Below the pieces are notes generated by a model, which was not told where the DNA came from, searched no databases, and saw only the letters and a program-made list of their open reading frames with translations. From Octopus sinensis (Eukaryota): a DNA stretch of 64,000 nucleotides. The stretch is taken from assembly GCF_006345805.1 (NCBI RefSeq), contig NC_042999.1, positions 93,124,001-93,188,000 on the forward strand. Direction: 5' to 3'. Shown piece after piece: positions 1-14,364 of the stretch (the first letter of the stretch is position 1; each line of letters begins with the position of its first letter). The translations under genes were made by a program, and so were the position numbers.

Positions 1-100
1 GTGTGAGTGTGTGTGTGTGCGTGTGTGTGTGTGTGAAGGTGCGTGTGTGTGTGTGTGAAGGTGCGCGTGTGTGTGTGTATGTGCGTGTGCGTGAGTGTGT
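1..100. repeat. (GT)n/(GC) microsatellite
   Basis: Direct reading of GT dinucleotide run. Confidence 0.95.
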
Positions 101-106
101 GACTGG

Positions 107-622
107 AAAGTTTTTTAGGACGAATATAAGATCTAAAGTATATACAAGTAGCAGAAAGATCGCCCAAAAGTGTATATAGATATTTAAATGTATTTATATA
201 TTCATCTATACACAGATATATGTATAATGTGTGTGTATATATTTCCATAGACGTAACCATTCACTCCGCACAAAGTTTTTTAGGACGAAAATAAGATCTA
301 AAGTTATCTCTAAGTAGCACAAAGATCGCCCAAAAGTGTATATAGATATATAAATGTATTTATATATTCATCTATGCACACATGTATGTATAACGTGTGT
401 GTATATATTTCCATAGAGGTAACCATTCACTCCATACAAAGTTTTTTTGGACGAAAATAAGATCTAAAATTATCTCTAAGAAACAGAAAGATCGCCCAAA
501 AGTGTATATAGATATTTAAATGTATTTATGTATTCATCTATACACACATGTATGTATAATGTGCGTGTATATATTTCCATAGAGGTAACCATTCAATCCA
601 TACAAAGTTTTTTAGGACGAAA
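107..622. repeat. Tandem repeat, ~165 bp unit, three copies plus a partial fourth
   Basis: AAAGTTTTTT(A/T)GGACGAA recurs at ~107, 272, 437 and 603 with near-identical intervening sequence (AGATCGCCCAAAAGTGTATATAG, GTAACCATTCA). Confidence 0.92.
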
Positions 623-625
623 ATA

Positions 626-1455
626 TTTATATATAAAAGAAAGGTTGTGTGTCTGTCTACTCCGATTTAGATTCCTAACTACTCCCACATTTTGCGATGC
701 AGTTTAACCAAAACCGGGTATCTTATAGTCGTGATTCATATCGAGCCCTTCTGGGTATTAGCGCGCGTCTACGATGAGTCTATGATTTTACAAATAATTT
801 ACCATCATTTCTTTCCATTTTAAATAAAGGGAAGTAACTCTCAAACTTCACACCAATATGCGTGCTCATATGCGACGTAATATCACATCAGCAGCATTTC
901 CTCACACCCTCCTAGCACTTGGCGAAGGCAAAATACCAGGGGATGAAAATGGTAATATTGCCATCGATTCCATTTGTACCATTGTTAAGACGCCTTCTGA
1001 TCTCAGAGATGCAGTGTTCCCAGATCTACAAGCTAATTATCAGAATATGGATTGGATTGGCAAAAAGGCTATACTGGCCCCGAGGAATAAAACTGTTCAC
1101 CATATTAATGATGAAATGCTAAAACTCATTCCTGGGGAAGTCTATGTATATCAGTCTATCGATACAACTCCTGACCCAGAGGACGTCATCAACTATCCAA
1201 TAGAGGTACTCAATTCCTTTGAGCACCCCGGACTACCACCACACTTTCTCAAACTTAAAGTTGGTGCCCCTATAATGCTCATCAGAAATTTGGTTCCCCC
1301 AAAACAATGCAATGGCACACGTTTGATCGTTAAGTCCTTATCTCCTACCGTAAATTTATATCAATATTTGCCTGAATAATCATCATAATTCAGTGCAATC
1401 ATTAACAGTACTTTCAAGCAATTCAGCCCCGAGCAACACCGGGCAATTCTGCTAG
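626..1455 (+). mobile_element. Helitron internal-deletion derivative
   Basis: 5' part (TATATATAAAA...GTCTGTCT...GGGAAGTAACTCTC) shared with the 24188 copy; internal PIF1 helicase fragment; 3' GC hairpin GCCCCGAGCAACACCGGGC followed by CTAG (1452-1455) and T, the canonical Helitron 3' end. Confidence 0.9.
858..1379 (+). pseudogene. Helitron PIF1-like DNA helicase C-terminal fragment
   Basis: ORF has AILAPRN, YPIEVLNS, GLPPHFLKLKVGAPIMLIRNL, CNGTRLIV motifs typical of Helitron PIF1 helicases; truncated at both ends. Confidence 0.9.
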
Positions 1456-1620
<165 letters not shown>

Positions 1621-3155
1621 CATATATTTACGTACAACTGCTTCTCAGTCTCTTTCTGTTTCTCTCTTTCTCTATCTGTGTGACTATTTAAGTACATGCA
1701 CACGCTAGGTAAAATTTTTACGGCAAAAATAACAATGTAATTATTAGTATACCGCCCTCTGAAAGACCAAGAAAATGTATTTTTGACATTTCAATCTTTT
1801 TGTCTTTTTACTTTCTTTTTAGAAAGTAAGATTTGTTGGAAGAAAGTGAAGTGGTCCAGATGGAAAGAAATGTGGCAGTAACGAAAAGTGTGTTGTTTCG
1901 TGTTAAATTATGTTTATTAAAGATCGACATATTTCTGTGAATGTGTGTGTGTGTGCGTTAGTGCTTGTATCTGTGCATACAGAAACCCATTTATATGTTT
2001 GTAGTAAAATAACAGATTAATGAAAACTAGATGAACTAATATGGCGAACAAGCGAAGGAATTTCATTATAGTTGCTTGAGCAATGAAATGTATCATCAAA
2101 ATGTCACCAAAATCATATCCTTCTAATAAAAAGTAGCAAGCATTAGATAAGTATTCATATCCAATAACCAAGATAAAGACTTAATTATTATTGGTAGACA
2201 TCTTTAATCATAAGCATATTGTGTCAGCGGAGGTTACAGACTAAGAAACAAGAACAAAAACAGATGTCGTACACGGATGCTTGGCTGGCTATGAAAACGG
2301 TTTGAATCAACTGTGCGGTACGTTTAGAAAATATCTTCTGCAAATACCATATATATATATATACACTAACTCCAAATTAAATGACAACTGTTGACGACTG
2401 TTCAAGTTCCAAGAATCGCTTGGAAGTATGTGACGAAGGCGGCCAGGTGTCAAATTGACAAATATAATCTCTAACAGAAACGTACAAAGTTTTACGTTAT
2501 CCTACACGACGAATTTTCTGAGATTTTTCATATTATGATGCGTCTACATGCATGTGTATATACAAAATTAAATAAGGGTATACTAATTAATAAATAATGT
2601 ATAATTATAATAGATTGAATTTATCTCCGCTTCTGCAGAGGGTACGCAATGGAAATTTAAATTTAACTTTCACTATTCCAACTTAATGCTATTTAGGACA
2701 TGGTTTGTATAGATAGACATGTAAAGTAGAGTTTCATAACTAAAAATAAATGCCTTTCCATTAAATACATATCGAGATTTTCAAAGGTCCATCGTAGAAA
2801 ACTGGAACGACACAGAACATTCTCATTGAAACAAATATTTTACTAGGCTGGCCCATATCATGAAAATGCCCAATTTCAACCAACAGTCAAAATGACAAAT
2901 CTGCATGCGAAGGAAAAAATTAAATACGGTATTCAAGGAAATATTTGTCTGAAAGTGGCAAAATAAGAAATCTTATTTGGTATGCAATATACATGTCCAA
3001 ACGGGACAAGCAACATAATGAAGCTTTTTGTATTGAAATCTTTATGAGATTGCCATCTATCCACTAGAAATATTTTATAGACATGAAACTGTGCAATGAA
3101 TCATATATGTGCATTCATTTATGTATGTTTATATGTATGTATGTATGTATGTATG

Positions 3156-3187
<32 letters not shown>

Positions 3188-3423
3188 TGTATATATATAT
3201 ATATATAATATATATATATATGTATATATATATATATTATATATAAGGGCTTAGTAAAATAAATTACTTTGCCACATACTGAACTCATTAGAAATAGCAG
3301 CTAAAGAAATTTCTTCAGCTATTTCTAATACTTAAAGAAGATCTCTCTCAGATAGTGTTTGCCTAAACTAACTCACAAAAGTATGGGGGAAAAAACATTA
3401 AAAAATCAAGTGCAAAGGTTATT

Positions 3424-3475
3424 TGAGAACGTACGTTGCTAGATTAGTCAATTCGACATTTCTTTCTTCAGCTCA
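3424..3475 (-). ncRNA. Hammerhead motif, degenerate copy (GAAAC mutated to GCAAC)
   Basis: Direct-repeat copy of 3981-4032 with CTGAAGA core and A13-to-C change. Confidence 0.6.
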
Positions 3476-3980
3476 GAATTCCTTGAATCGGATTTGGGAA
3501 CACTGAAAGTCGGGAGCATACCCTTTCGGCTTCTAATCACCTCTAGAATTCTGCTCGAACTAAAAGTGCTATCAAACTCGAATATGCAAGCGAAGAATTT
3601 CTGCTCTCCCCTTTCCACCAGCGTGGGTTAAAATTGACAAACACCATGTATTAACGGTGAAAACCGCAGAATTTAGCAGAGAGAGATGAATTATAATTTC
3701 AACAATTGAGGGTAAAATTAATTAATTATTAATCAATTTCACCAAGTATTCAGTATGTAAAGGGACCATTATAGGCGAATTCAAAATATTACATTATATA
3801 TAAGGGCTTAGTAAAATAAATTACTTTGCCACATACTGAACTCATTAGAAATAGCAGCTAAAGAAATTTCTTCAGCTATTTCTAATACTTAAAGAAGATC
3901 TCTCTCAGATAGTGTTTGCCTAAACTAACTCACAAAAGTATGGGGGAAAAAACATAAAAAAATCAAGTGCAAAGGTTATT

Positions 3981-4032
3981 TGAGAACGTACGTTTCTAGA
4001 TTAGTCAATTCGACATTTCTATCATCAGCTCA
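3981..4032 (-). ncRNA. Type I hammerhead ribozyme motif (intact core)
   Basis: Minus strand TGAG-CTGATGA-TAGA...TCTA-GAAAC-GTAC-GT-T-CTCA: helix I TGAG/CTCA, helix II TAGA/TCTA, palindromic helix III ACGTACGT, GUU cleavage triplet. Confidence 0.75.
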
Positions 4033-4106
4033 GAATATAATGGTCCCTTTACATACTGAATACTTGGTGAAATTGATTAATAATTAATTAATTTTACCCT
4101 CAATTG

Positions 4107-4185
<79 letters not shown>

Positions 4186-4261
4186 TATACTTACATATGT
4201 ATATATATATACACTCACACACATACACACAGACACTGGTCCAGATATATATCGATTTCAA

Positions 4262-4390
4262 TTTTTTTCACAAGGCCAGTAATTTTAGAGGAGCGAGTAT
4301 GTCGATTACATTAAACCCAGTGTTCAACTGGTTCTTATTTCATCAAGCTCGAGAAGATGAAAGTAAAGTCAACCTCGGTGGAATTTGAAC
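4262..4390 (+). mobile_element. Short interspersed repeat (family B), partial
   Basis: GTCGATTACAT...CCCAGT...CTGGT.CTTATTT.ATC...GATGAAAG.AAAGTC.ACCTCGG.GGAATTTGAAC motif also found at 29955, 58340, 60230, 63550 and 63775. Confidence 0.7.
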
Positions 4391-5939
4391 ACACACAGCC
4401 CATGCTTCAATTTTTCCAGCTTACCGACTTACGTTTACATCTATGTTAAATACACAACCATACCTATACACGTATGTGTACAGTGGTGTACATATCTGAG
4501 CACGGACATGACTAAAAATGTTGTGAATACGTGTGTGATGTGAAAACTTACACCATGAGAACCAGTGGCTGACTATAGATTATATTTTGGTTGTTTTACA
4601 CAGCTGCTCTAAAATAAAAGATGTCTCCTAGATTTGAAGGAATGACACATACAATCTTTGCTTCGACACATGTCGAACGAAGCTCATTCTTTTGCAGTTA
4701 ATGCATAAAAAAAACTAAACTAATATTTAAATATAAGATAAATTTATAAATCCTGCAGAAGAAATATCTTCTGATTGACCACCGTAGAAATATCTGTTTA
4801 ATTTAATGCATTCAGCATTAACAATACATCTCCTACATTAGCACTCTGAAAGTTTAGCAAATATAAAACACTGCTTCACGCTCAATATATCATTAAAACT
4901 CATTCAAAACATGTTATAATGGTCAGATGATGATATTGAAAGTGAGAATGGCTGCGTACTCATTCGGTAAAAATGTTGGAAATGAAAACAAGAAAAACAC
5001 ATGCATAAATCACAAGAATATAAAATGCTAATATTCAAAATGTAACAAAAGCTGTGTGAAATTATAAGGAGAGACAAGCAGAAATACATAAATGTAAAAT
5101 AATTGAAGAGAATTATGAGATAGGAATAATAGAATGGGAATGTCAGACGATTTCATAGTCTGAAAAAGCAAAATAAAAATAAAAAGTAATATGGAGAACT
5201 CGATGAGATTAAATTAAGTAAAAACATAATATCTGAAACGATAGGATAATAATATGAATGGTATTAGAAGGCTAAATATGATTTTTATATTTATTACATG
5301 CTAATAATAGCATTTAGCATGGACTTTTAAACACGGGCTCTAGGAAAACTGCGCAAATAAATCACAATCACAGAAGAGCACTCAGGTGCGCATTAACAGA
5401 CATAATTGTATATACTTGTCAGGAATTGTCCACACATACACACAGATGCAGGAAGAACAAGACCTAATACATGTGCATGTATATGTCATTTTAATGGGTG
5501 ATAAAGGAATTCGTGATTTCGCATCATGTCCGTGGAAGGTAAGTGTATCCTTCGGAAAGCGAATCTGCCCAAGCAAATTATACCTAAAAAATGTTACCAG
5601 AACTGAATTAATTAATACAATCATGAGTTCCCATCTCACAAAGAAACAAATAAGCTTATGTTTTAAATAGTAGGCACAAAGATATTTCATTGTTTTATAT
5701 AATGTACTAATGTGAAAAGGTAGAATCAAATACTTGACCAAAAGTATTTATTTGGGAATAAAACATTAATTGGTACTATTAAATAGTTTGAATGTAGTGG
5801 AAATACTATTGAAGAACAAAGTAACAAAGTAAAGTAACAAACAGAAATCAATGCTACTCAAAGACACGAAAATGTTAACATAAACGTTGCATTAAGTGTA
5901 TAAGTAATTATATTTAAAATGCATAATGTTTAGCATATA

Positions 5940-5990
<51 letters not shown>

Positions 5991-7521
5991 GTCCAAGCAT
6001 ATTCTTCTGTATATGTTTATACATACATACATACATACAAACACACACACACATGCATGTGTGTATATTTATATCTATCTTTCTATCTATCATCCAGTCG
6101 TTTACTTATTGCATAATATTGGAAATAGGCGACTCAAAATTGCCAACAACTTAAAAAATCCCGGCAAGCGATGATTGATTTCAAGCTTAAACAATTGCCT
6201 AACATCTATATTTTCTCTAACAAGACCAAATAATCTTCCAATGCTTATAAAATCTTTAATATTAACGAATCTAAATCAGTATGTTAGAACGGCTGACAAA
6301 AGAAGATTAGACAAAATAATATTGTGAACATGTTAGGAGATTAAGTAAAGGGATCACCTTAGATAACTCTAAACAGATTTTACAATGTGTAACATTGGTA
6401 ATCCTCCTCTCACCTCCTATAGTTGATTCATCCATTAATGCGACGCCATTTTGAAATTGATTTCTATATCTCGAAAAGAAATTATTCCAAATTGTGCCCC
6501 ATAGGGTGCATATTTGGTCAACTTAGACGCAAGATACAAGATCATAATTAACAAAACCAGATTTTAAAGAAGGATAGCAAAGCATATCTTCACGGATCTT
6601 TCGCAGTTCGTCCGCTATTGGCGATAAACTACAATAGCAACAACAACAACAACAACAACAATACAAATAACAGCAACAATAACAACAACAATAATAACAG
6701 CAACAATAACAACAATAATGATAACGATAATTTTCTTCATTCTAAATATATACTATTCATATTTCATACAGTAGTAGCATTTAATGGAAATAAATATAAT
6801 TTGATCAACTTTCAATTTAGTAACGCTCGAAAAAAAACGTCCGTTGAAAAATATAATCTATATTGTCCAATAATTTACCCAGCTTGTCACTCATGTTCAA
6901 ATCCTATGTATGCATGTGTTTTTCTTCTTCTTTTTTTGTATTTAATGTTATTATAATTGCATATAATCTAAGCAAAACGCCAGCAGTATAAGTGGAGTAG
7001 GTAAGTTTCTTATATGGGTTGCAGTATTTCGATGATATTTTATTTTTCTCTCGACCCTGAAGCGATAAAAAACACAGGACTGATGTGGCAGCTTTTGAAA
7101 TCAAATCACAAAGAGCCGGAACAAATGCCAGCAAGCACTATTCCAGTGTATCTACTGTTCACTGTCTAAATTCATGTCACTACATAACAATACACAATGT
7201 TAATATTTCCAACATTCTAGCAGAAACATATTGTAAATTGTTGTTGACATCACAAGAATTTATAAACATTCGAAAGAAGGGGAAATAATTTTATGAGAGT
7301 AACATTTGATGCCCTGTGCATTACTTCATTTAGATGAATATTATTTATAGCCAAAAGAGTTTCGCTAACCATATTAAAAAACAAAAATAAGAAATATTGT
7401 CAACTTCATTGTGTAACACTTCAGTAAAGAAACAGAAGTAACTTCAGCAAATTAATGCCTGTGATGAGCTGACACAACAATATGTGTGTGTGTGTGTTTG
7501 TATTTATGTATGCATGTGTAA

Positions 7522-7760
7522 CTGAAGGTGTGTAACTTAGTGGTTAGATGTATTCGGCTCACGATCATAGGGTCGTGAGTTCGATTCCCGGTGGCGCATT
7601 GTTGAGCATGACACTTATGTCACGTTGTTGGCAAAATGAGTAGCACATGTATTTCAAAAGGCCAGCCTTTCCACATTCGGCGTGCTTGTGGAGTACTCGG
7701 TGGTTTGCCCGTTAATTTCTCGAGCAGGCTGTTGCCTTGATCCGATCAACTGGAATGGCA
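7522..7760 (+). mobile_element. tRNA-derived SINE, degenerate
   Basis: A-box TAGTGGTTAG and B-box GAGTTCGATTCCC; body homologous to the 29062-29441 copy. Confidence 0.75.
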
Positions 7761-8251
7761 GTTTGTATATGTAAATCTTTAAGCACATATGTACGCATGT
7801 GATTTTTCAAGTAGCATGACAACTTTCAGCGATATTCAATCAATAAGAATGAAACCCTTCTGTGTACTATAGAACTCATAAAGTATGAATTTATGCTTTA
7901 CCAAACATGGATGAGAATGTAATGCCAAATACTCTAAAGCCACTGGTTGACAGTGATAAAAATATTTTAAAACTATCTTTAATGCGTCCACTAGAAAGGA
8001 GTGAACTCATATCACATGCACTGAAATATAATTAACTTGGATGCCAATGAGTTGTTAGGGTTCATGACATCGGTGATTGTAACTTTCTTTCAAGTTAGCA
8101 GGTGGGGTGTTCTATCTGATTTTCTTGTGCAGTTTTACATTTGACATCGGGAACCAGTTAAAATCTCGTTAATTCTATGTGGTTTCTTCATATATAGATA
8201 TATATATATGTGTATGTGTGTGTCTGTGTGTGTCTGTGTGTGTGTGTGCAT

Positions 8252-8310
<59 letters not shown>

Positions 8311-10149
8311 ATATATATACATATATATTTGTCTCATTTGAGTACTACTATAGCAGTCCTATTAAACATTTCGTTCCTGATAAGAAACAATCACTTTATT
8401 ATTGATATATACACACACATACATATATACATACTTACATGCATACTCGCATCCATCCGTCCATCTATCCATCCATACATACGCACACATATATACATAC
8501 ATGCAGGCATAGTTGCATACATCCATCCATACACATGCACAAGTATGTATACGTGCATGCATACAGGCACATACATATATATCTATAAATACAATCAATA
8601 TAGTATATGTTAACATTTATGTTTATATGCGAAGTTTTCCCAGACTATCTATAACGCCGAAGCTGTACAACGGCGGATTCTCATCAATCATACCAGCCAA
8701 GAAAAAAATTCTTTCACAATTCCTGTATTACGAACTAAACATTAAATAAAAAAAAGTGTTCCAAATGTAATCTGAAAATGTACAATGTTTAATTATCTTT
8801 AACCGACATATGGTCAACATGTGGAGAACAAGAGGAGAAACTATTTAAAAACAAGTATTACTATTTAAGATTCAATCAGAAACGATACAAAGACAACTGT
8901 TAGTGAAAAGATAACATGAAATTAACAATTTTAATTCAATGCATATATGCAGAAATTCTACCATTTGTGGAACCATAAATTATAGAACACTGCGAAAAAG
9001 AAGCATATATGCAATATAAGGAAATGTATATACCAATAGCTATGATGACAAAGTTTCCACACACAGAGACGCATACACACAAAGGCACACTCACCCACAC
9101 AATCTTCCACTCACACACATATATATTCGGTTATGTATAGAATATATTACTACGAAATCATGGATTGAATAAGCTTTTATTACACATAGCTACAATTGTT
9201 TCAACGCATCATTATCTACTGTTCAGTACTGAATGTTACATATATTGTACTCAACATTATATTAATTTTACTCAGTAATTTCAATATATGCCTCACTTCC
9301 AGTAATGCATATGATACATATGAATAACTAGTGTAAATGAGAACGAATGTCTCCTATATGTAACCTGTTCTAGTTGTAACAGTGTTTGTAGTTAGCATTT
9401 TGAAGGCAGTCCATAGAAAGAATCCATTTTCAATGACTTCTTAAAGAGGTGTGAATAAAGAATATTCAGAAGGCAAGTTTATAGAACAAGAATATTGAAA
9501 TTTATACAAAAGTGTAATGAGTGCAAGCAAGTGGTAACAAAGATTAATCTTGCATATCAATGGGAACCAAATATATGTGTATGCAACACAGGAAAACTCG
9601 CTTGACTAACTATGTGCACTGAGGTTTATATGAAGCAGAGTGGAAGCTGATATTGATCAAATGAGTTATATGTAGTTGGTGGTGGACACAGAAAATGTGA
9701 TATTTTGAAGAAAGCGATGTTGTTTCTATGCCATAAAATCCGCAACAAATTTGAAACTGCCGCTTCACTGATGTGGTGATTTCCTTAAGCTCAGGCAGAT
9801 CACTGACGTATTATTCACACGCCTCCAAATCTGATTGACTTGAATCTTCCACACCATAATTAAACTATTCCACAACAAGATACATCTTTCCTGTCGCGCT
9901 ACATTACAGACTGAAAGTCGATACAAACAGGGAAAAAGGAGAAAAATGTCAAGCAAAATATTCCAAACGATGGCAAAAGGAAAATAGATTGCGTACATGG
10001 GAAGTCAACAAATGTTCAAACACTGGACAAAGAAAACAACAGGAATACATTAAACAAAAGAAGCATGCAAACAGAAGACAGTTAAAGGCTCATAGGGCCA
10101 GTTCATAAACAAATAGTTTGACAAAATCTCTCGGGTCAGTGCACACCAC

Positions 10150-12530
10150 GACTGCTGCGAGATGTAAAGTATCTTGGTGAAGATAGGGAAGATGTTTGTA
10201 GAGTTGTGTGTGTAGGGGATGCATATATATGTGGGGTGCTGTGTGGGGCGTGTATGTGGCTCCAGATTACAGCATCTGTGTAGGTCCTCTTGATTCTATC
10301 GTTAGAGACAGTGTCTCCAGAACAATTGAAATCTATAATAACATGTTTATCGGAGCGTGCAAGCACGTGATAATGTCAAGAGTAAGGTGGAGTGAGAGGA
10401 CTTCTCATTGCGTCATTTCTGAAAACATATGGGCCCACGTGGCAATATGCTACAAGACCGAAGTGTTAACTGCTTGGTGCTGACTGTTCATGGGTGGCAG
10501 GACTTGAAAGTACGAACGCAGGCAGTTCACATAGACTCCAGGATCCTTTGTAGAAAGATCGACTGGGGCGAGCATCTGAGCCGGCAAAGGCAACGGAGTA
10601 CCATACAGCAACTCGGTTGGGGCATATCTGTGATCCCCTTGGGCGCAGTCCGAATGCCGAGGAGTACTATGGAAAGGTACTATCTCCAGAGTTGAGTATT
10701 AGGGCAGGCATTAAACGCAGCTTTCAACTGGTGATGGAAGCGCTCCACCATTCCAGTAGATACAGGATGATAACTGGTAGTACGGATCCGTTGCGCACTG
10801 ATGATGTTAGTAAGTTCCGTAAAAAGGTGAGATTCAAAATGTCTACCACAGTGTCTCGTAATAGTGGTAAGGACACCGTAACGGGATGTCTATTCTGATA
10901 CCCGTGCTCGTGCTACAGATTCACCAAAGATATTAATTAAAGGAATGGCTCCAGACCAGCGAGTATATCGGTCAATGCAGGTCAGGAGGTGCGTAAACCC
11001 TTGGGTGGCAGGCATGGCTCCAACCAGGTCGACAGGGCTATTGCGGAAACGTGCATTAGGTGTGCTGAAGGTGCCGATTGGTGCACGGATGTGCTTCTGC
11101 ATCTTCTACTTCTGGCATTGGAGGCAAGAACGGCTCCATTCATTAATATCGCGTCGCATATTTGGCCAGAAGAATGTAGTCGTATTGAGCTTTACTGGGG
11201 CCGAGACTCCAGGGTGCGAAAGACTGTGCAAAATTGGAATATAGTATGTCGATGGGTCCTAGGACGAAGGCATGAGGCGCATCCGTTGACACGTCACACA
11301 ATATCTGCATGTCAGCCATTGATAGAGGCAGGTCCTCGAATTTGCATATCACAAACTCAGAAGAAGATGTATCAAGTGAGTCTAGAGAAGATTAGTCTGA
11401 GGACAAATCAGTCACGTCAATCTCCGAAGCAGATGAGAAATATTTCGCCAGTAGGTAGGGCAATGCGCCCCCTGCAGTGTTCTGAGACCTGAAGATGAAC
11501 TAGAAATTACTGGTTAATTGCGATACGAAGTCCAGGTGTCTAGTCTCCTTCGACGAATACTTCTGAGACTTCGACCGCAAGGCAGAGGTAAGGGGCTTAT
11601 GATCGGTATAGAAGGTAAAGTTCCTCCTTGCGAGAATGTGGTGGAATTGCTTCACGGGCAGGTAGACTGCCAACAATTCGCGACCAAACTGCTGTAGCGC
11701 GTTTCAGCAGGCTTCAGCTGCCGAGAGAAAATTGCAAGAGGTTGCAGGTGTTGTTGGTGATGCTCCTACAGTACGGCACCAATGTCTGTGTCTGATGTAT
11801 CAACTACAAACAAAAGCTTTGCATCGGAAACAGGGTGTCCGATTAGAGATGCTTTAGCAAGTTCACGTTTCACCCCATGAAAAGCCTCCATCTGGGCCGG
11901 AGTCAACGCAATTGCTTCATTCTTCTTACGACGATCATTTAAGATTTCGGTAAGTGGAGAAGGAGTTCAGAACAATGAGGGATGAATCGGCAATAAAATT
12001 TCAGTAAGCCAAGGAAATAGTGCAACTCGCGAAGGGAAGTAAGGGGATAAATGTCCACAATAGCTGGCACTTTCTTCGGCCAAGAGATACAAGAGAGAAT
12101 GTACCAAAAACAAATTTAGCTGGGTTACCCGTACTTGACGTTGGTTAAGGCGCTTGAAGAGCAGTTTTAAATTATGAACATACTCTTCCGTTGAAGAACT
12201 GGCAATCAAGAGATCATCGATATATGCATAGACTAAATCCTGTCCACGAATGACTTCGTCAATGAACAACTGAAAAATGATGGTAGCATTTCGGAGGCCA
12301 ATTGGCATAGTCAAGAATCGAAGGAGCTGAATAGGGTTGTTACGGCAGTTTACAGAATATCCTCGGGGGGGGGGGATCTGATTAGAAGCTCTCACGAGAT
12401 CAAGTTTGAAAAACACAGTAAATCCAAGCAGTGATCTTAGAGATGAGAAATTGGATACCTATCAGGAATAGTGATAGCATTGAGACGTCTAAACTTTCAA
12501 TGATGCAGTAACTTTCAATGATGGCACTGG
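10150..12530 (-). mobile_element. Ty3/Gypsy LTR retrotransposon pol relic (RT-RNaseH-integrase)
   Basis: Minus ORFs with FFKLDLVRA, MPIGLRNA, YAYIDDLLIAS (RT) and VDLVGAMP, HLLTCIDRYTRW (integrase); RT-to-IN order; many stops and frameshifts; no LTRs found. Confidence 0.88.
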
Positions 12531-12709
12531 TCTCTATAGAAACATACAGAATGAGAATATGGTACTGCTAATAGAGAAGGAAAACACAATTTTGACGTGT
12601 CAACATTAAAATACTTGGAAATACATTATGTTTCTTAATCGAAATACTGCTAGCAATTCTCTACCTATTACTATATATTTATTTGTGTGTGTATGTGTGT
12701 GAGGGATCG

Positions 12710-12741
<32 letters not shown>

Positions 12742-12967
12742 AGTAAGAAAATTGAGTGATATAATGGATATAAATTAATTTTTAATTAATTAACATGGCT
12801 TTCAATCGTTTCAATAGAAATTACACAATATATATAATAAAATAATTTCCAATTTCTTAAGATTTTGAGCGAAATATCTTCAGGCCGAAAAGGACATTAC
12901 GGCATTTACATGTAAATCAGTTGTGGCACTCCAACAGATTGACTATAATGACTATATATTAAGGTGC

Positions 12968-13226
<259 letters not shown>

Positions 13227-14173
13227 TACAGAATAAGCAAGAACACTTACGTCGTAACAAAGTTTGTGATATTTGGTGGTAGTGAATCTATAAGTGTTGT
13301 AAGCGTGAGTTTCCGGAAAAGTTCAGTTTCATCAACATCGTATATTTTTCCATCCGCATATTGCTTGCCAGTATCATCGTTTTTAGATGCTCAAGATTAG
13401 TGCACCATAGATAATTTTTTGTGTCCATGTAACAAAATTATATATTGATGATCCACAATAGTAAAAATATTGCTTTAGATGTATGTGTTCGTATACATCA
13501 CAAGAAACAGTTAGGTTTCTTTCACTAACATTTTACATAGTTCAGCCTACGTAAGTGAACGTGTGAAAAAAAAATTGGAATTTTGAAAGAAGCTGCTATA
13601 AATCTAGTTTTAAATATCGGGGCCCACCAGAATAAAATAGTAATCAAAAGAATTTATACATAAAAAAATGGTTGGGGATAACTGCTCTAGATAATTAACC
13701 CTTATTAATGTTATTGCGTTTGCCAGTTGGTTACTCAAACGTTGGTCAGTTAGTAATGGCTCATTTGATTGGACAGGTTTTGGTGTTGATAAAGGTGGTG
13801 GTTTTGGTGGTGAGGACGGAATGTTGTTGGTTGCTCACTTTTAAAAAGATGGCAAGTGCGACATTTGCAGTGTTATTGCTGCGTCTGTGTGTCACCATCC
13901 GTACTTGAATTAAAATTTGCTTTGATTTTGTATTCATTCATTCAGCGTAACCGAGTGGTGCAACAAATTCGAACGTTCTGTACGCGAGTTTTGGACTACG
14001 TTTCACAAATTATCAACAATAATTCGATAAAATTGATATACCAGAATGGTCGGTTTTTCATTCTGAAAATGAAATATGTGTTATATATATATGTGTGTGT
14101 GTATGTTATGTGTGTGTGTGTGTGTGTGTGTCTGTCTGTCTGTGTGTGTGTTATATGTTGCATATATATTTGG

Positions 14174-14231
<58 letters not shown>

Positions 14232-14299
14232 TATTGTATATGTGTGTGTACGCGTGTGTGTTATATGTTGCATATATATTTGTCATATATGTATATATG

Positions 14300-14364
<65 letters not shown>

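Larger units (their letters stand above)
3241..4106 (-). mobile_element. Non-autonomous Penelope-like/retrozyme-like element: 557 bp unit + partial direct repeat + 71 bp inverted segment, flanked by (TA)n
   Basis: 3241-3478 repeated at 3798-4035 (offset 557); 4036-4106 is the reverse complement of 3703-3773; hammerhead motif in both direct repeats. Confidence 0.75.

Noticed and set aside
107-622. GGACGAAA in the 165 bp repeat as a hammerhead or CRISPR-like array
   Set aside because: No CUGANGA partner, no unique spacers, eukaryotic context and no cas genes
5382-5741. Overlapping 119 aa and 94 aa ORFs on opposite strands
   Set aside because: No recognisable motifs or coding-like composition
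7085-7288. Plus-strand ORF with HCLNSC...YCKLL resembling a PAN/apple domain
   Set aside because: Cysteine spacing is incomplete, there are no supporting exons, and it overlaps the minus-strand TIR-like remnants
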